Positions 11,722-25,788 of a DNA stretch of 64,000 nucleotides are shown piece by piece. The stretch comes from Macrostomum lignano (Eukaryota), in assembly GCA_002269645.1 (NCBI GenBank), contig NIVC01003988.1, positions 2,200 to 66,199 on the forward strand, read 5' to 3'. The translations under genes and the position numbers were made by a program. Numbering within the stretch: position 1 is the first letter of the stretch; every line of letters starts with the position of its first letter. Under the pieces are notes generated by a model. The model searched no databases. It had not been told where the DNA came from and saw nothing but the letters and a program-made list of their open reading frames with translations.

Positions 11722-14564
11722 ATGTCATCGGGCAATCAATTCTCAAATTCAATTGACGAGGTTGACGAACTTCAAGCCAACGAGGACCTCTCTAACGTTG
11801 GCAATCTGCCAAGGGCGCCTATATCGGCCCGTCAACAACAGAGAATCAATGATGAGCAATCTGACAGTATGAGAAATCTGCTTATAGTTGAGTATGCTGG
11901 CCGGCCTACGCTATTCATAATTCAGTCTATTGTAGCCCTGCTATGCGCCGCCTGCCTGCTCATACTGTCTATGGCCGTAGTCATCGTACTGCCTCTCATG
12001 TACTCAGACCCAGACCAGAGTTATCCTATTAGTATTAATTTGCATAACTGCTGGGCTTATGGACTCTGGCTGCCCTTTCTAGTGGTTCCGTGGGCTGTGT
12101 TGATGCTCAAGGCTGCCAAGACTGGGTGGGCCAAATATGTGAGTTTTTTGCTGCCATTTAGTTTGCTTTTATTGTTGTTCTTAGACAGATTGTTGTAACT
12201 AGGATAAGATTTAGGTAGGTTTTGCTGTAATCAGGCCGAGATTTAGGTAGCTTTTGCTGTAATTAGAGTGAGATTTAGGTAGCTTTTGCTGTAATTAGAG
12301 TGAGATTTTGTTGGCTTTTGCTGTAATTATAGTGAGATTTAGGTAGCTTTTGCTGTAATTAGAGTGAGATTTAGGTAGCTTTTGCTGTAATTAGAGTGAG
12401 ATTTAGGTAGCTTTTGCTGTAATAAGGCCGAGATTTAGGTAGCTTTTGCTGTAATTAGAGTGAGATTTAGGTAGCTTTTGCTGTAATTAGAGTGAGATTT
12501 TGTTGGCTTTTGCTGTAATTATAGTGAGATTTAGGTAGCTTTTGCTGTAATTAGAGTGAGATTTAGGTAGCTTTTGCTGTAATTAGAGTGAGATTTAGGT
12601 AGCTTTTGCTGTAATCAGGCCGAGATTTAGGTAGCTTTTGCTGTAATTAGAGTGAGATTTAGGTAGCTTTTGCTGTAATTAGAGTGAGATTTAGGTAGCT
12701 TTTGCTGTAATTAGAGTGAGATTTAGGTAGCTTTTGCTGTAATTATAGTGAGATTTAGGTAGCTTTTGCTGTAATTAGAGTGAGATTTAGGTAGCTTTTG
12801 CTGTAATTAGAGTGAGATTTTGTTGGCTTTTGCTGTAATTAGAGTGAGATTTTGTTGGCTTTTGCTGTAATTAGAGTGAGATTTAGGTAGCTTTTGCTGT
12901 AATTAGAGTGAGATTTAGGTAGCTTTTGCTGTAATTAGAGTGAGATTTAGGTAGCTTTTGCTGTAATCAGGCCGAGATTTAGGTAGCTTTTGCTGTAATT
13001 AGAGTGAGATTTAGGTAGCTTTTGCTGTAATCAGGCCGAGATTTAGGTAGCTTTTGCTGTAATTAGAGTGAGATTTAGGTAGCTTTTGCTGTAATTAGAG
13101 TGAGATTTAGGTAGCTTTTGCTGTAATTAGAGTGAGATTTAGGTAGCTTTTGCTGTAATTAGAGTGAGATTTAGGTAGCTTTTGCTGTAATTAGAGTGAG
13201 ATTTAGGTAGCTTTTGCTGTAATTAGAGTGAGATTTTGTTGGCTTTTGCTGTAATTAGAGTGAGATTTAGGTAGCTTTTGCTGTAATTAGAGTGAGATTT
13301 AGGTAGCTTTTGCTGTAATTAGAGTGAGATTTTGGTAGCTTTTGCTGTAATCAGGCCGAGATTTAGGTAGCTTTTGCTGTAATTAGAGTGAGATTTAGGT
13401 AGCTTTGTTGTAACTAGGATGAGATTTAGGTAGCTTTTGCTGTAATTAGGATGAGATTTAGGTAGCTTTGTTGTAACTAGGATGAGATTTAGGTAGCTTT
13501 GTTGTAACTAGGATGAGATTTAGGTAGGTTTTGCTGTAATCAGGCCGAGATTTAGGTAGCTTTTGCTGTAATTAGAGTGGGATTTAAGTCGGTTTTGTTG
13601 TAATCAAGCTGAGATTTAGGTAGGTTTGCTGTAATTAGGGTGAGATTTAGGTAGCTTCTGCTGTAATTAGGGTGAGATTTAGGTAGCTTCTGCTGTAATT
13701 AGGGTGAGATTTAGGTATCTTCTGCTGTAATTCTGATTACGGTGCTTTTGCTGTAATTAGGGTAAGATTTAGGTAGGTTTTGCTGTAGTTGGGTAGAGTT
13801 TTAGGTAGCTTAACTTTTTAAACAATTCATGACTAAATAAGCCAAAGATTCGGCAATCAAATTTCAGTTCATCACATTCTACTGTCTGTGCGTCCTCTCC
13901 ACTGTCTGCTGTACAGCTTTGGTGGTTTTGCGTTGTGTCTATTATGCTAGCAGCTGGTATCAGCCGCTTATTGACCAGGCAAACTTGGTGAGTTCTACTA
14001 ACAGACTCACTGACTCACTGACCCACTTACTGAATCAATGAGTTTGGTCTCTTTAGACTCACCGGCACTTCTGACCCACTGACTGACACACTGACACAGT
14101 GTGACTCACTATCATTGATTTACAGTGTGACTCACTATCATTGACCCACAGTGTGACTCACTATCATTGACCCACAGTGTGACTCACTATCATTGACCCA
14201 CAGTGTGACTCACTATCATTGACCCACAGTGTGACCCACTATCATTGACCCACAGTGTGACTCACTATCATTGACCCACAGTGTGTCTCACTATCATTGA
14301 CCCACAGTGTGACCCACTATCATTGACCGATGACTATCTCGCACACACCTCATCAACACTCAATCACCCATCCACCACAATTTGCAGACCTCAAGGCGAC
14401 AATTTGGCATCCAAATCGCTTGCGATGTCATCTGCTCAATCCTGCTATTAGAAGGCTCGACTCTGTTAATAATGTACTTTACCCTGTTCCTTCGCCTTTG
14501 TCGAGAACAGTCAACCAATAATGATGATAGTCTGAGCCGTGACAATCGAAATTGGTTTGTCTAA
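11722..14564 (+). CDS. Four-pass transmembrane protein with MS4A/CD20-like topology, ~237 aa, 3 exons
   Basis: Exons 11722-12138, 13868-13987, 14388-14564 join in phase 0 at GT-AG sites and give four hydrophobic segments (FIIQSIVALLCAACLLILSMAVVIVL; YGLWLPFLVVPWAVLML; YFITFYCLCVLSTVCCTALVV; FGIQIACDVICSILLLEGSTLLIMYF). The family assignment rests on topology only. Confidence 0.68.
12205..13810. repeat. 32-bp minisatellite (GAGATTTAGGTAGCTTTTGCTGTAATTAGAGT)n filling intron 1 of the 4-TM gene
   Basis: About 50 units. Confidence 0.96.
14095..14328. repeat. 26-bp minisatellite (CTATCATTGACCCACAGTGTGACTCA)n in intron 2 of the 4-TM gene
   Basis: About 9 units. Confidence 0.93.
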
Positions 14565-17269
14565 ACAAATTCTTATATAACTGTTTGTAACAAAGCCTCT
14601 ATGATATTTTGCGTTGTTTATACATTGTCGTCCAAATTAATTTGTTTTGCAATAGAGCAATTTATGTATCCGATTTCTATTTTTTTTAAATTATATAGCG
14701 TTGCACTACTAACAGTAGATTGATTTTGTCTTGGCCGATTATTATAAATTGAAGATTTTTTCTGTTACAGAATTCTGAAGGCGTGTGTGTGTGTGTGTGT
14801 GTGTTTGTGCATTAGGCATTTCTTGGGACAAGCGTGTATAAACTGACCCGTGCTATTAGGACCAAAAATGTGTTGGGCCAGGCCCAATAAGTGCGTCCCG
14901 ACACTTCCAAAAATGAATTCTATTGAAATGAAAAAATATTCATTGGAACCGTCTTTCGATTCTCCTTTCAAAAATCAATGTCATTTTTTCATATTTTTAA
15001 TCAAACACGGGGAATCTAATGATTTGCAGTGTCCTAAGAAGTTTAAAAAATTATGCGAACTGATGGTCTGATCCAACAGAACAATTGGGTCTCAAATCGG
15101 TATTCTCGTTTTATTACAATATTTCTTACAATATCAAGAAAGTCTACTACAAGTAACAGATAGAGGTTCTCCACAGGGCTGCCAATCGACACTTGAAAGG
15201 ATCCTGACATTTGGCATCGTGTTTACTATAAAATATGAAATAATTTAATAAGGATTTAGAATATTACAATCAAGCATACAAACCTTATAGATTTAGTATA
15301 TTTAGATTTTTGCATAGAAACAGCTAGCATCTAAATTCATTAGCTTCCAATTTCACTTATACACGAAACATGGCAAATTAAGGTTACATCCGCCTGTGCC
15401 CTCGGCCATTTTAACTGAAATTCTCGTTTTCAGTCAGCTGCATTAATCTATTTGTCATATGTGAATGGGTATTAACTGACTCAAGTTAGTGACTGGAGGC
15501 CATTAACGTAAAGTGACACTTTGAGTGAGGTAGTTTTCCGGTGGAAATTCTCACAGTCTTATGAAGCGCTTTTAGAGCAAAGAAATAAAGGGCAAAGAAA
15601 AACTTTGCATTTCCCGAGAAAACCGAGGACGAGTATTAGAGGGAAACGTTTAATCTCTAAGGCTTTAAATGACTTCCTTATTGGCCTGGGTTTGGGCAGC
15701 TATACTATGTAGCAAAATTTTTCCTAGAATTATGATAATTATCGTCTGGTATACTGAAATGTACTGAGATACGAAGAAACTTAAGATGACTGCATGGACT
15801 GCTAGCACATGTTTGAGTGTCACTGTCACTGTAAAGTCGAAATCGATGACTAGTTGGCCCAAAACTAACTACTAGGCCTTCCTGGAAAACAATTCTGCTT
15901 ATCTTGGATCGTAAAGATAAACCCACGTACAGTGCAGAAGTGTTAGGACAAGCGTGTACAAGACCCAGGCAATCCCTTACCCAGGCCACGCGTACATTCC
16001 TATCGCGGCGGGGGAAGCGGGGAGGAGAGGCGGGCGCAAGGGAGTCGGGATAAAGTTTACACTGAAGTTGAGGCCTACAAGAGGAAGAGCCAATTCTAAC
16101 GGAAAGGTACATGTAGAAGTTCCCTTTGACAAAAGGCGTACTGGCGGTACTGCATATGTTCAAACGAATATAATTCATTTACGAGACCTGCACTACACAG
16201 ACAAAATGTGCCACGTCACAAGAGTTTCCATGCATGACCTGGCATGAAAAGACTTGGCTAGGAACCATTACACATATGTAAGTAGAATTTAAAATTCTTT
16301 TTAAAATTTTATGATTAAATAAAAACTTAACTGGAATTTACATATGTACTTTTCTAAAATTCCAGATACGTTGATATCGATAAGCTACCGTTTTCTTCTA
16401 TAACAAACAGATTTGCCTTCATTGTCAAGTAAGTCTTGTCTCGTACTCGTATATGTCGTATTTTTGTACGTTGAAAAAAATAATTAGCAGCCTAGTAATA
16501 CTCTGAGCTCAGTGAAATATAAGAGAGGCGGCACGATCACCTTATTTATCAATTAATTTACAACAGCACTACACAGCACTCATAAGTAGGCAAAATTTAC
16601 ACTTCTAGGAAGAACAAATTTTACTAAAAGTTTCAATCAAAACATTTAGGAAAGAAATCTCGCATGACACATCGCCCACAGTACTAGAGACTTGGAGAAA
16701 TACCATGTGAGTTTGCTGGGCAACTAATATAATATATTACTGTTATAATTCGATAGTCAAATTATTTTTCTACTCAAAGCAGTATTATTACATAACTAAA
16801 GAACAGTATAAAATGACAGCATTCTAGAACGAGAAACAAAGCTTACTGCAAAGGCAAACGCCGAAAGAAAAGCAGGGCAGAGTCAGCAACAAAAAAGAAG
16901 CTCATCTGATTGGGAAGATGGGCGGTCAGCAAAGAGATAGGATCTCAGAAAATTGCAACTCCCAGTAACTGAAACTTAATTGCAATATGTGTTTTGTTTT
17001 CTAGGGCATTATTAAAACAAGCAAGCCTGCCTGCAGTCAGCTAAGGGCAAAGTAAGTTGCTGCGGCACTATCGAGAAAGTGAAATTTGTACATACTCCAT
17101 CTAACTGACACAAGCAGCACCGTTGGGACAAACTACGAGTATTTTAATTGTACAGTAAAATTTCATTGACAATGAAGCATTTATTAGAACAGCGACATTT
17201 AAATCTGTTTTCAAACAAATCAAACAGATTTCTCAATAAGTGATTTTTCTTTTGTGCGCTCACGCACAG

Positions 17270-17951
17270 GTTCGTCCGCATTCAAACTCGCCACTGCATC
17301 CGTCATTTATTTCACTTGCTGCTCACAAGCCGCAGCAGCAGCCGCTATCCGTGCAGGCAGTCAGTCTATTTGTGAATTTTCTGGTGGATCTGAAGAAAAC
17401 CCGTCCGGCACAGGATTAAAGAGAAAGAGACGATCTGTTTTGGGTGAGTATTATCTGCTGTAGAAGTATTGTACACCAGAGTACTTGTGTTACTTGGTAG
17501 AGCACAATTCAAAAGCAATGCAACAATCTCAGTGGCATTGTTGGGACACAAGCTACAAACGCAATGAATAGTAAACACAGCCCAGCCTAGCTCAAGGCTA
17601 GTAATTTGTTGGGCATTTATTGGGACATTGCAGCCAGGCCTATTTTTTGAACAGCATTTGTTGGGTCGCACTTATTGGGACAATACTGATTCTAATCGCG
17701 ACTACTTCTGAGTTCTGACTTTTCAAAACAGACCCAGCATTAGTTGAACACGTTCTATTAAAGGGTTCCTTTATAGCCTATTAATGATTACTAAGGCAAG
17801 CCTATCTTAATTGATTTCTTTTCCTCGCAGATTCTGAAGTCAGCCACGCCAGCGACATGCCTAAGAGACAAGAATGCGCTTTAACGATCAGCAGCGAGCA
17901 TTCTGATCTCGCCGCTGCATCCGTCATTTGGTTCACTTGCTGCTCACAAGC

Positions 17952-17987
<36 letters not shown>

Positions 17988-18589
17988 GCTATCCGTGCAG
18001 GCAGTCAGTCTATTTGTGAATTTTCTGGTGGATCTGAAGAAAACCCGTCCGGCACAGGATTAAAGAGAAAGAGACGATCTGTTTTGGGTGAGTATTATCT
18101 GCTGTAGAAGTATTGTACACCAGAGTACTTGTGTTACTTGGTAGAGCACAATTCAAAAGCAATGCAACAATCTCAGTGGCATTGTTGGGACACAAGCTAC
18201 AAACGCAATGAATAGTAAACACAGCCCAGCCTAGCTCAAGGCTAGTAATTTGTTGGGCATTTATTGGGACATTGCAGCCAGGCCTATTTTTTGAACAGCA
18301 TTTGTTGGGTCGCACTTATTGGGACAATACTGATTCTAATCGCGACTACTTCTGAGTTCTGACTTTTCAAAACAGACCCAGCATTAGTTGAACACGTTCT
18401 ATTAAAGGGTTCCTTTATAGCCTATTAATGATTACTAAAGGCAAGCCTATCTTAATTGATTTCTTTTCCTCGCAGATTCTGAAGTCAGCCACGCCAGCGA
18501 CATGCCTAAGAGACAAGAATGCGCTTTAACGATCAGCAGCGAGCATTCTGATCTCGCCGCTGCATCCGTCATTTGGTTCACTTGCTGCT

Positions 18590-18656
<67 letters not shown>

Positions 18657-19258
18657 CTATCCGTGCAGGCAGTCAGTCTATTTGTGAATTTTCTGGTGGA
18701 TCTGAAGAAAACCCGTCCGGCACAGGATTAAAGAGAAAGAGACGATCTGTTTTGGGTGAGTATTATCTGCTGTAGAAGTATTGTACACCAGAGTACTTGT
18801 GTTACTTGGTAGAGCACAATTCAAAAGCAATGCAACAATCTCAGTGGCATTGTTGGGACACAAGCTACAAACGCAATGAATAGTAAACACAGCCCAGCCT
18901 AGCTCAAGGCTAGTAATTTGTTGGGCATTTATTGGGACATTGCAGCCAGGCCTATTTTTTGAACAGCATTTGTTGGGTCGCACTTATTGGGACAATACTG
19001 ATTCTAATCGCGACTACTTCTGAGTTCTGACTTTTCAAAACAGACCCAGCATTAGTTGAACACGTTCTATTAAAGGGTTCCTTTATAGCCTATTAATGAT
19101 TACTAAGCAAGCCTATCTTAATTGATTTCTTTTCCTCGCAGATTCTGAAGTCAGCCACGCCAGCGACATGCCTAAGAGACAAGAATGCGCTTTAACGATC
19201 AGCAGCGAGCATTCTGATCTCGCCGCTGCATCCGTCATTTGGTTCACTTGCTGCTCAC

Positions 19259-19299
<41 letters not shown>

Positions 19300-19909
19300 G
19301 CTATCCGTGCAGGCAGTCAGTCTATTTGTGAATTTTCTGGTGGATCTGAAGAAAACCCGTCCGGCACAGGATTAAAGAGAAAGAGACGATCTGTTTTGGG
19401 TGAGTATTATCTGCTGTAGAAGTATTGTACACCAGAGTACTTGTGTTACTTGGTAGAGCACAATTCAAAAGCAATGCAACAATCTCAGTGGCATTGTTGG
19501 GACACAAGCTACAAACGCAATGAATAGTAAACACAGCCCAGCCTAGCTCAAGGCTAGTAATTTGTTGGGCATTTATTGGGACATTGCAGCCAGGCCTATT
19601 TTTTGAACAGCATTTGTTGGGTCGCACTTATTGGGACAATACTGATTCTAATCGCGACTACTTCTGAGTTCTGACTTTTCAAAACAGACCCAGCATTAGT
19701 TGAACACGTTCTATTAAAGGGTTCCTTTATAGCCTATTAATGATTACTAAAGGCAAGCCTATCTTAATTGATTTCTTTTCCTCGCAGATTCTGAAGTCAG
19801 CCACGCCAGCGACATGCCTAAGAGACAAGAATGCGCTTTAACGATCAGCAGCGAGCATTCTGATCTCGCCGCTGCATCCGTCATTTGGTTCACTTGCTGC
19901 TCACAAGCC

Positions 19910-19948
<39 letters not shown>

Positions 19949-20557
19949 GCTATCCGTGCAGGCAGTCAGTCTATTTGTGAATTTTCTGGTGGATCTGAAG
20001 AAAACCCGTCCGGCACAGGATTAAAGAGAAAGAGACGATCTGTTTTGGGTGAGTATTATCTGCTGTAGAAGTATTGTACACCAGAGTACTTGTGTTACTT
20101 GGTAGAGCACAATTCAAAAGCAATGCAACAATCTCAGTGGCATTGTTGGGACACAAGCTACAAACGCAATGAATAGTAAACACAGCCCAGCCTAGCTCAA
20201 GGCTAGTAATTTGTTGGGCATTTATTGGGACATTGCAGCCAGGCCTATTTTTTGAACAGCATTTGTTGGGTCGCACTTATTGGGACAATACTGATTCTAA
20301 TCGCGACTACTTCTGAGTTCTGACTTTTCAAAACAGACCCAGCATTAGTTGAACACGTTCTATTAAAGGGTTCCTTTATAGCCTATTAATGATTACTAAG
20401 GCAAGCCTATCTTAATTGATTTCTTTTCCTCGCAGATTCTGAAGTCAGCCACGCCAGCGACATGCCTAAGAGACAAGAATGCGCTTTAACGATCAGCAGC
20501 GAGCATTCTGATCTCGCCGCTGCATCCGTCATTTGGTTCACTTGCTGCTCACAAGCC

Positions 20558-20602
<45 letters not shown>

Positions 20603-21209
20603 GCTATCCGTGCAGGCAGTCAGTCTATTTGTGAATTTTCTGGTGGATCTGAAGAAAACCCGTCCGGCACAGGATTAAAGAGAAAGAGACGATCTGTTTT
20701 GGGTGAGTATTATCTGCTGTAGAAGTATTGTACACCAGAGTACTTGTGTTACTTGGTAGAGCACAATTCAAAAGCAATGCAACAATCTCAGTGGCATTGT
20801 TGGGACACAAGCTACAAACGCAATGAATAGTAAACACAGCCCAGCCTAGCTCAAGGCTAGTAATTTGTTGGGCATTTATTGGGACATTGCAGCCAGGCCT
20901 ATTTTTTGAACAGCATTTGTTGGGTCGCACTTATTGGGACAATACTGATTCTAATCGCGACTACTTCTGAGTTCTGACTTTTCAAAACAGACCCAGCATT
21001 AGTTGAACACGTTCTATTAAAGGGTTCCTTTATAGCCTATTAATGATTACTAAGGCAAGCCTATCTTAATTGATTTCTTTTCCTCGCAGATTCTGAAGTC
21101 AGCCACGCCAGCGACATGCCTAAGAGACAAGAATGCGCTTTAACGATCAGCAGCGAGCATTCTGATCTCGCCGCTGCATCCGTCATTTGGTTCACTTGCT
21201 GCTCACAAG

Positions 21210-21254
<45 letters not shown>

Positions 21255-21871
21255 GCTATCCGTGCAGGCAGTCAGTCTATTTGTGAATTTTCTGGTGGAT
21301 CTGAAGAAAACCCGTCCGGCACAGGATTAAAGAGAAAGAGACGATCTGTTTTGGGTGAGTATTATCTGCTGTAGAAGTATTGTACACCAGAGTACTTGTG
21401 TTACTTGGTAGAGCACAATTCAAAAGCAATGCAACAATCTCAGTGGCATTGTTGGGACACAAGCTACAAACGCAATGAATAGTAAACACAGCCCAGCCTA
21501 GCTCAAGGCTAGTAATTTGTTGGGCATTTATTGGGACATTGCAGCCAGGCCTATTTTTTGAACAGCATTTGTTGGGTCGCACTTATTGGGACAATACTGA
21601 TTCTAATCGCGACTACTTCTGAGTTCTGACTTTTCAAAACAGACCCAGCATTAGTTGAACACGTTCTATTAAAGGGTTCCTTTATAGCCTATTAATGATT
21701 ACTAAAGCAAGCCTATCTTAATTGATTTCTTTTCCTCGCAGATTCTGAAGTCAGCCACGCCAGCGACATGCCTAAGAGACAAGAATGCGCTTTAACGATC
21801 AGCAGCGAGCATTCTGATCTCGCCGCTGCATCCGTCATTTGGTTCACTTGCTGCTCACAAGCCGCAGCAGC

Positions 21872-21904
<33 letters not shown>

Positions 21905-22507
21905 GCTATCCGTGCAGGCAGTCAGTCTATTTGTGAATTTTCTGGTGGATCTGAAGAAAACCCGTCCGGCACAGGATTAAAGAGAAAGAGACGATCTGTT
22001 TTGGGTGAGTATTATCTGCTGTAGAAGTATTGTACACCAGAGTACTTGTGTTACTTGGTAGAGCACAATTCAAAAGCAATGCAACAATCTCAGTGGCATT
22101 GTTGGGACACAAGCTACAAACGCAATGAATAGTAAACACAGCCCAGCCTAGCTCAAGGCTAGTAATTTGTTGGGCATTTATTGGGACATTGCAGCCAGGC
22201 CTATTTTTTGAACAGCATTTGTTGGGTCGCACTTATTGGGACAATACTGATTCTAATCGCGACTACTTCTGAGTTCTGACTTTTCAAAACAGACCCAGCA
22301 TTAGTTGAACACGTTCTATTAAAGGGTTCCTTTATAGCCTATTAATGATTACTAAAGCAAGCCTATCTTAATTGATTTCTTTTCCTCGCAGATTCTGAAG
22401 TCAGCCACGCCAGCGACATGCCTAAGAGACAAGAATGCGCTTTAACGATCAGCAGCGAGCATTCTGATCTCGCCGCTGCATCCGTCATTTGGTTCACTTG
22501 CTGCTCA

Positions 22508-22557
<50 letters not shown>

Positions 22558-23167
22558 GCTATCCGTGCAGGCAGTCAGTCTATTTGTGAATTTTCTGGTG
22601 GATCTGAAGAAAACCCGTCCGGCACAGGATTAAAGAGAAAGAGACGATCTGTTTTGGGTGAGTATTATCTGCTGTAGAAGTATTGTACACCAGAGTACTT
22701 GTGTTACTTGGTAGAGCACAATTCAAAAGCAATGCAACAATCTCAGTGGCATTGTTGGGACACAAGCTACAAACGCAATGAATAGTAAACACAGCCCAGC
22801 CTAGCTCAAGGCTAGTAATTTGTTGGGCATTTATTGGGACATTGCAGCCAGGCCTATTTTTTGAACAGCATTTGTTGGGTCGCACTTATTGGGACAATAC
22901 TGATTCTAATCGCGACTACTTCTGAGTTCTGACTTTTCAAAACAGACCCAGCATTAGTTGAACACGTTCTATTAAAGGGTTCCTTTATAGCCTATTAATG
23001 ATTACTAAAGCAAGCCTATCTTAATTGATTTCTTTTCCTCGCAGATTCTGAAGTCAGCCACGCCAGCGACATGCCTAAGAGACAAGAATGCGCTTTAACG
23101 ATCAGCAGCGAGCATTCTGATCTCGCCGCTGCATCCGTCATTTGGTTCACTTGCTGCTCAGCAAGCC

Positions 23168-23200
<33 letters not shown>

Positions 23201-23803
23201 GCTATCCGTGCAGGCAGTCAGTCTATTTGTGAATTTTCTGGTGGATCTGAAGAAAACCCGTCCGGCACAGGATTAAAGAGAAAGAGACGATCTGTTTTGG
23301 GTGAGTATTATCTGCTGTAGAAGTATTGTACACCAGAGTACTTGTGTTACTTGGTAGAGCACAATTCAAAAGCAATGCAACAATCTCAGTGGCATTGTTG
23401 GGACACAAGCTACAAACGCAATGAATAGTAAACACAGCCCAGCCTAGCTCAAGGCTAGTAATTTGTTGGGCATTTATTGGGACATTGCAGCCAGGCCTAT
23501 TTTTTGAACAGCATTTGTTGGGTCGCACTTATTGGGACAATACTGATTCTAATCGCGACTACTTCTGAGTTCTGACTTTTCAAAACAGACCCAGCATTAG
23601 TTGAACACGTTCTATTAAAGGGTTCCTTTATAGCCTATTAATGATTACTAAAGCAAGCCTATCTTAATTGATTTCTTTTCCTCGCAGATTCTGAAGTCAG
23701 CACGCCAGCGACATGCCTAAGAGACAAGAATGCGCTTTAACGATCAGCAGCGAGCATTCTGATCTCGCCGCTGCATCCGTCATTTGGTTCACTTGCTGCT
23801 CAC

Positions 23804-23850
<47 letters not shown>

Positions 23851-24458
23851 CTATCCGTGCAGGCAGTCAGTCTATTTGTGAATTTTCTGGTGGATCTGAA
23901 GAAAACCCGTCCGGCACAGGATTAAAGAGAAAGAGACGATCTGTTTTGGGTGAGTATTATCTGCTGTAGAAGTATTGTACACCAGAGTACTTGTGTTACT
24001 TGGTAGAGCACAATTCAAAAGCAATGCAACAATCTCAGTGGCATTGTTGGGACACAAGCTACAAACGCAATGAATAGTAAACACAGCCCAGCCTAGCTCA
24101 AGGCTAGTAATTTGTTGGGCATTTATTGGGACATTGCAGCCAGGCCTATTTTTTGAACAGCATTTGTTGGGTCGCACTTATTGGGACAATACTGATTCTA
24201 ATCGCGACTACTTCTGAGTTCTGACTTTTCAAAACAGACCCAGCATTAGTTGAACACGTTCTATTAAAGGGTTCCTTTATAGCCTATTAATGATTACTAA
24301 AGCAAGCCTATCTTAATTGATTTCTTTTCCTCGCAGATTCTGAAGTCAGCCACGCCAGCGACATGCCTAAGAGACAAGAATGCGCTTTAACGATCAGCAG
24401 CGAGCATTCTGATCTCGCCGCTGCATCCGTCATTTGGTTCACTTGCTGCTCACAACAG

Positions 24459-24500
<42 letters not shown>

Positions 24501-25102
24501 GCTATCCGTGCAGGCAGTCAGTCTATTTGTGAATTTTCTGGTGGATCTGAAGAAAACCCGTCCGGCACAGGATTAAAGAGAAAGAGACGATCTGTTTTGG
24601 GTGAGTATTATCTGCTGTAGAAGTATTGTACACCAGAGTACTTGTGTTACTTGGTAGAGCACAATTCAAAAGCAATGCAACAATCTCAGTGGCATTGTTG
24701 GGACACAAGCTACAAACGCAATGAATAGTAAACACAGCCCAGCCTAGCTCAAGGCTAGTAATTTGTTGGGCATTTATTGGGACATTGCAGCCAGGCCTAT
24801 TTTTTGAACAGCATTTGTTGGGTCGCACTTATTGGGACAATACTGATTCTAATCGCGACTACTTCTGAGTTCTGACTTTTCAAAACAGACCCAGCATTAG
24901 TTGAACACGTTCTATTAAAGGGTTCCTTTATAGCCTATTAATGATTACTAAAGCAAGCCTATCTTAATTGATTTCTTTTCCTCGCAGATTCTGAAGTCAG
25001 CCACGCCAGCGACATGCCTAAGAGACAAGAATGCGCTTTAACGATCAGCAGCGAGCATTCTGATCTCGCCGCTGCATCCGTCATTTGGTTCACTTGCTGC
25101 TC

Positions 25103-25143
<41 letters not shown>

Positions 25144-25744
25144 GCTATCCGTGCAGGCAGTCAGTCTATTTGTGAATTTTCTGGTGGATCTGAAGAAAAC
25201 CCGTCCGGCACAGGATTAAAGAGAAAGAGACGATCTGTTTTGGGTGAGTATTATCTGCTGTAGAAGTATTGTACACCAGAGTACTTGTGTTACTTGGTAG
25301 AGCACAATTCAAAAGCAATGCAACAATCTCAGTGGCATTGTTGGGACACAAGCTACAAACGCAATGAATAGTAAACACAGCCCAGCCTAGCTCAAGGCTA
25401 GTAATTTGTTGGGCATTTATTGGGACATTGCAGCCAGGCCTATTTTTTGAACAGCATTTGTTGGGTCGCACTTATTGGGACAATACTGATTCTAATCGCG
25501 ACTACTTCTGAGTTCTGACTTTTCAAAACAGACCCAGCATTAGTTGAACACGTTCTATTAAAGGGTTCCTTTATAGCCTATTAATGATTACTAAAGCAAG
25601 CCTATCTTAATTGATTTCTTTTCCTCGCAGATTCTGAAGTCAGCCACGCCAGCGACATGCCTAAGAGACAAGAATGCGCTTTAACGATCAGCAGCGAGCA
25701 TTCTGATCTCGCCGCTGCATCCGTCATTTGGTTCACTTGCTGCT

Positions 25745-25788
<44 letters not shown>

